DNA of 34,494 bases, from contig NC_068988.1 in the NCBI RefSeq assembly GCF_001194135.2, forward strand, positions 52,109,905-52,144,398, read 5' to 3'. The notes below the pieces were generated by a model. That model did no database searches. It was given only the letters and a program-made list of their open reading frames with translations, and had not been told where the DNA came from. The DNA is from Octopus bimaculoides (Eukaryota). Positions 34,331 to 34,494 of this stretch are shown here, piece by piece (position 1 is the first letter of the stretch; each line of letters begins with the position of its first letter). Made by a program: the position numbers and the translations under genes.

Positions 34331-34494
34331 TAAGGCGGTGAGCTGGCAGAATCATTAGCACCCCAGGCAAAATACGGGCATTTCGTCCGTTTTACGATCT
34401 GAGTTCAAATGCTACCGAGGTCAACTTTGCCTTTCATCCTTTCGGAGTCGATGAAGTAAGTACCAGTTGAGAACTGGTGCCAAAATTTGAAACC
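34331..34494 (+). mobile_element. Family B SINE
   Basis: taaggcggtgagctggcagaatcattag...gagttcaaatgct... running to the window end. Confidence 0.8.

Overview
Eukaryotic, repeat-rich genomic scaffold with seven N gaps and dense microsatellites. The SINE and microsatellite landscape looks like a cephalopod (octopus-like) genome; this is an inference, not a database match. The only host gene I can support is a + strand SPTLC1/LCB1-type serine palmitoyltransferase subunit. Eight coding exons (20891-32696, 930 nt, 310 codons) join in one open frame with GT-AG sites, and most exon sizes match human SPTLC1 as I recall it. The first exon and the C-terminal exons were not found. The protein is unusually divergent at normally conserved motifs. 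The rest is mobile DNA: decayed R4/Dong-type non-LTR retrotransposons (restriction-like endonuclease) that repeatedly abut (CATA)n tracts, including a stack of three same-strand truncated copies; several tRNA-derived SINE families with swapped head and tail modules; MITE and foldback palindromes; a 12 x 23 bp minisatellite inside a LINE ORF; and hammerhead-like motifs. There is no CRISPR array, rRNA or true tRNA, and no clear evidence of a wholly new biological system. The best leads are the (CATA)n-associated R4 family, the modular SINEs, the long intronic hairpins and the divergent SPTLC1.
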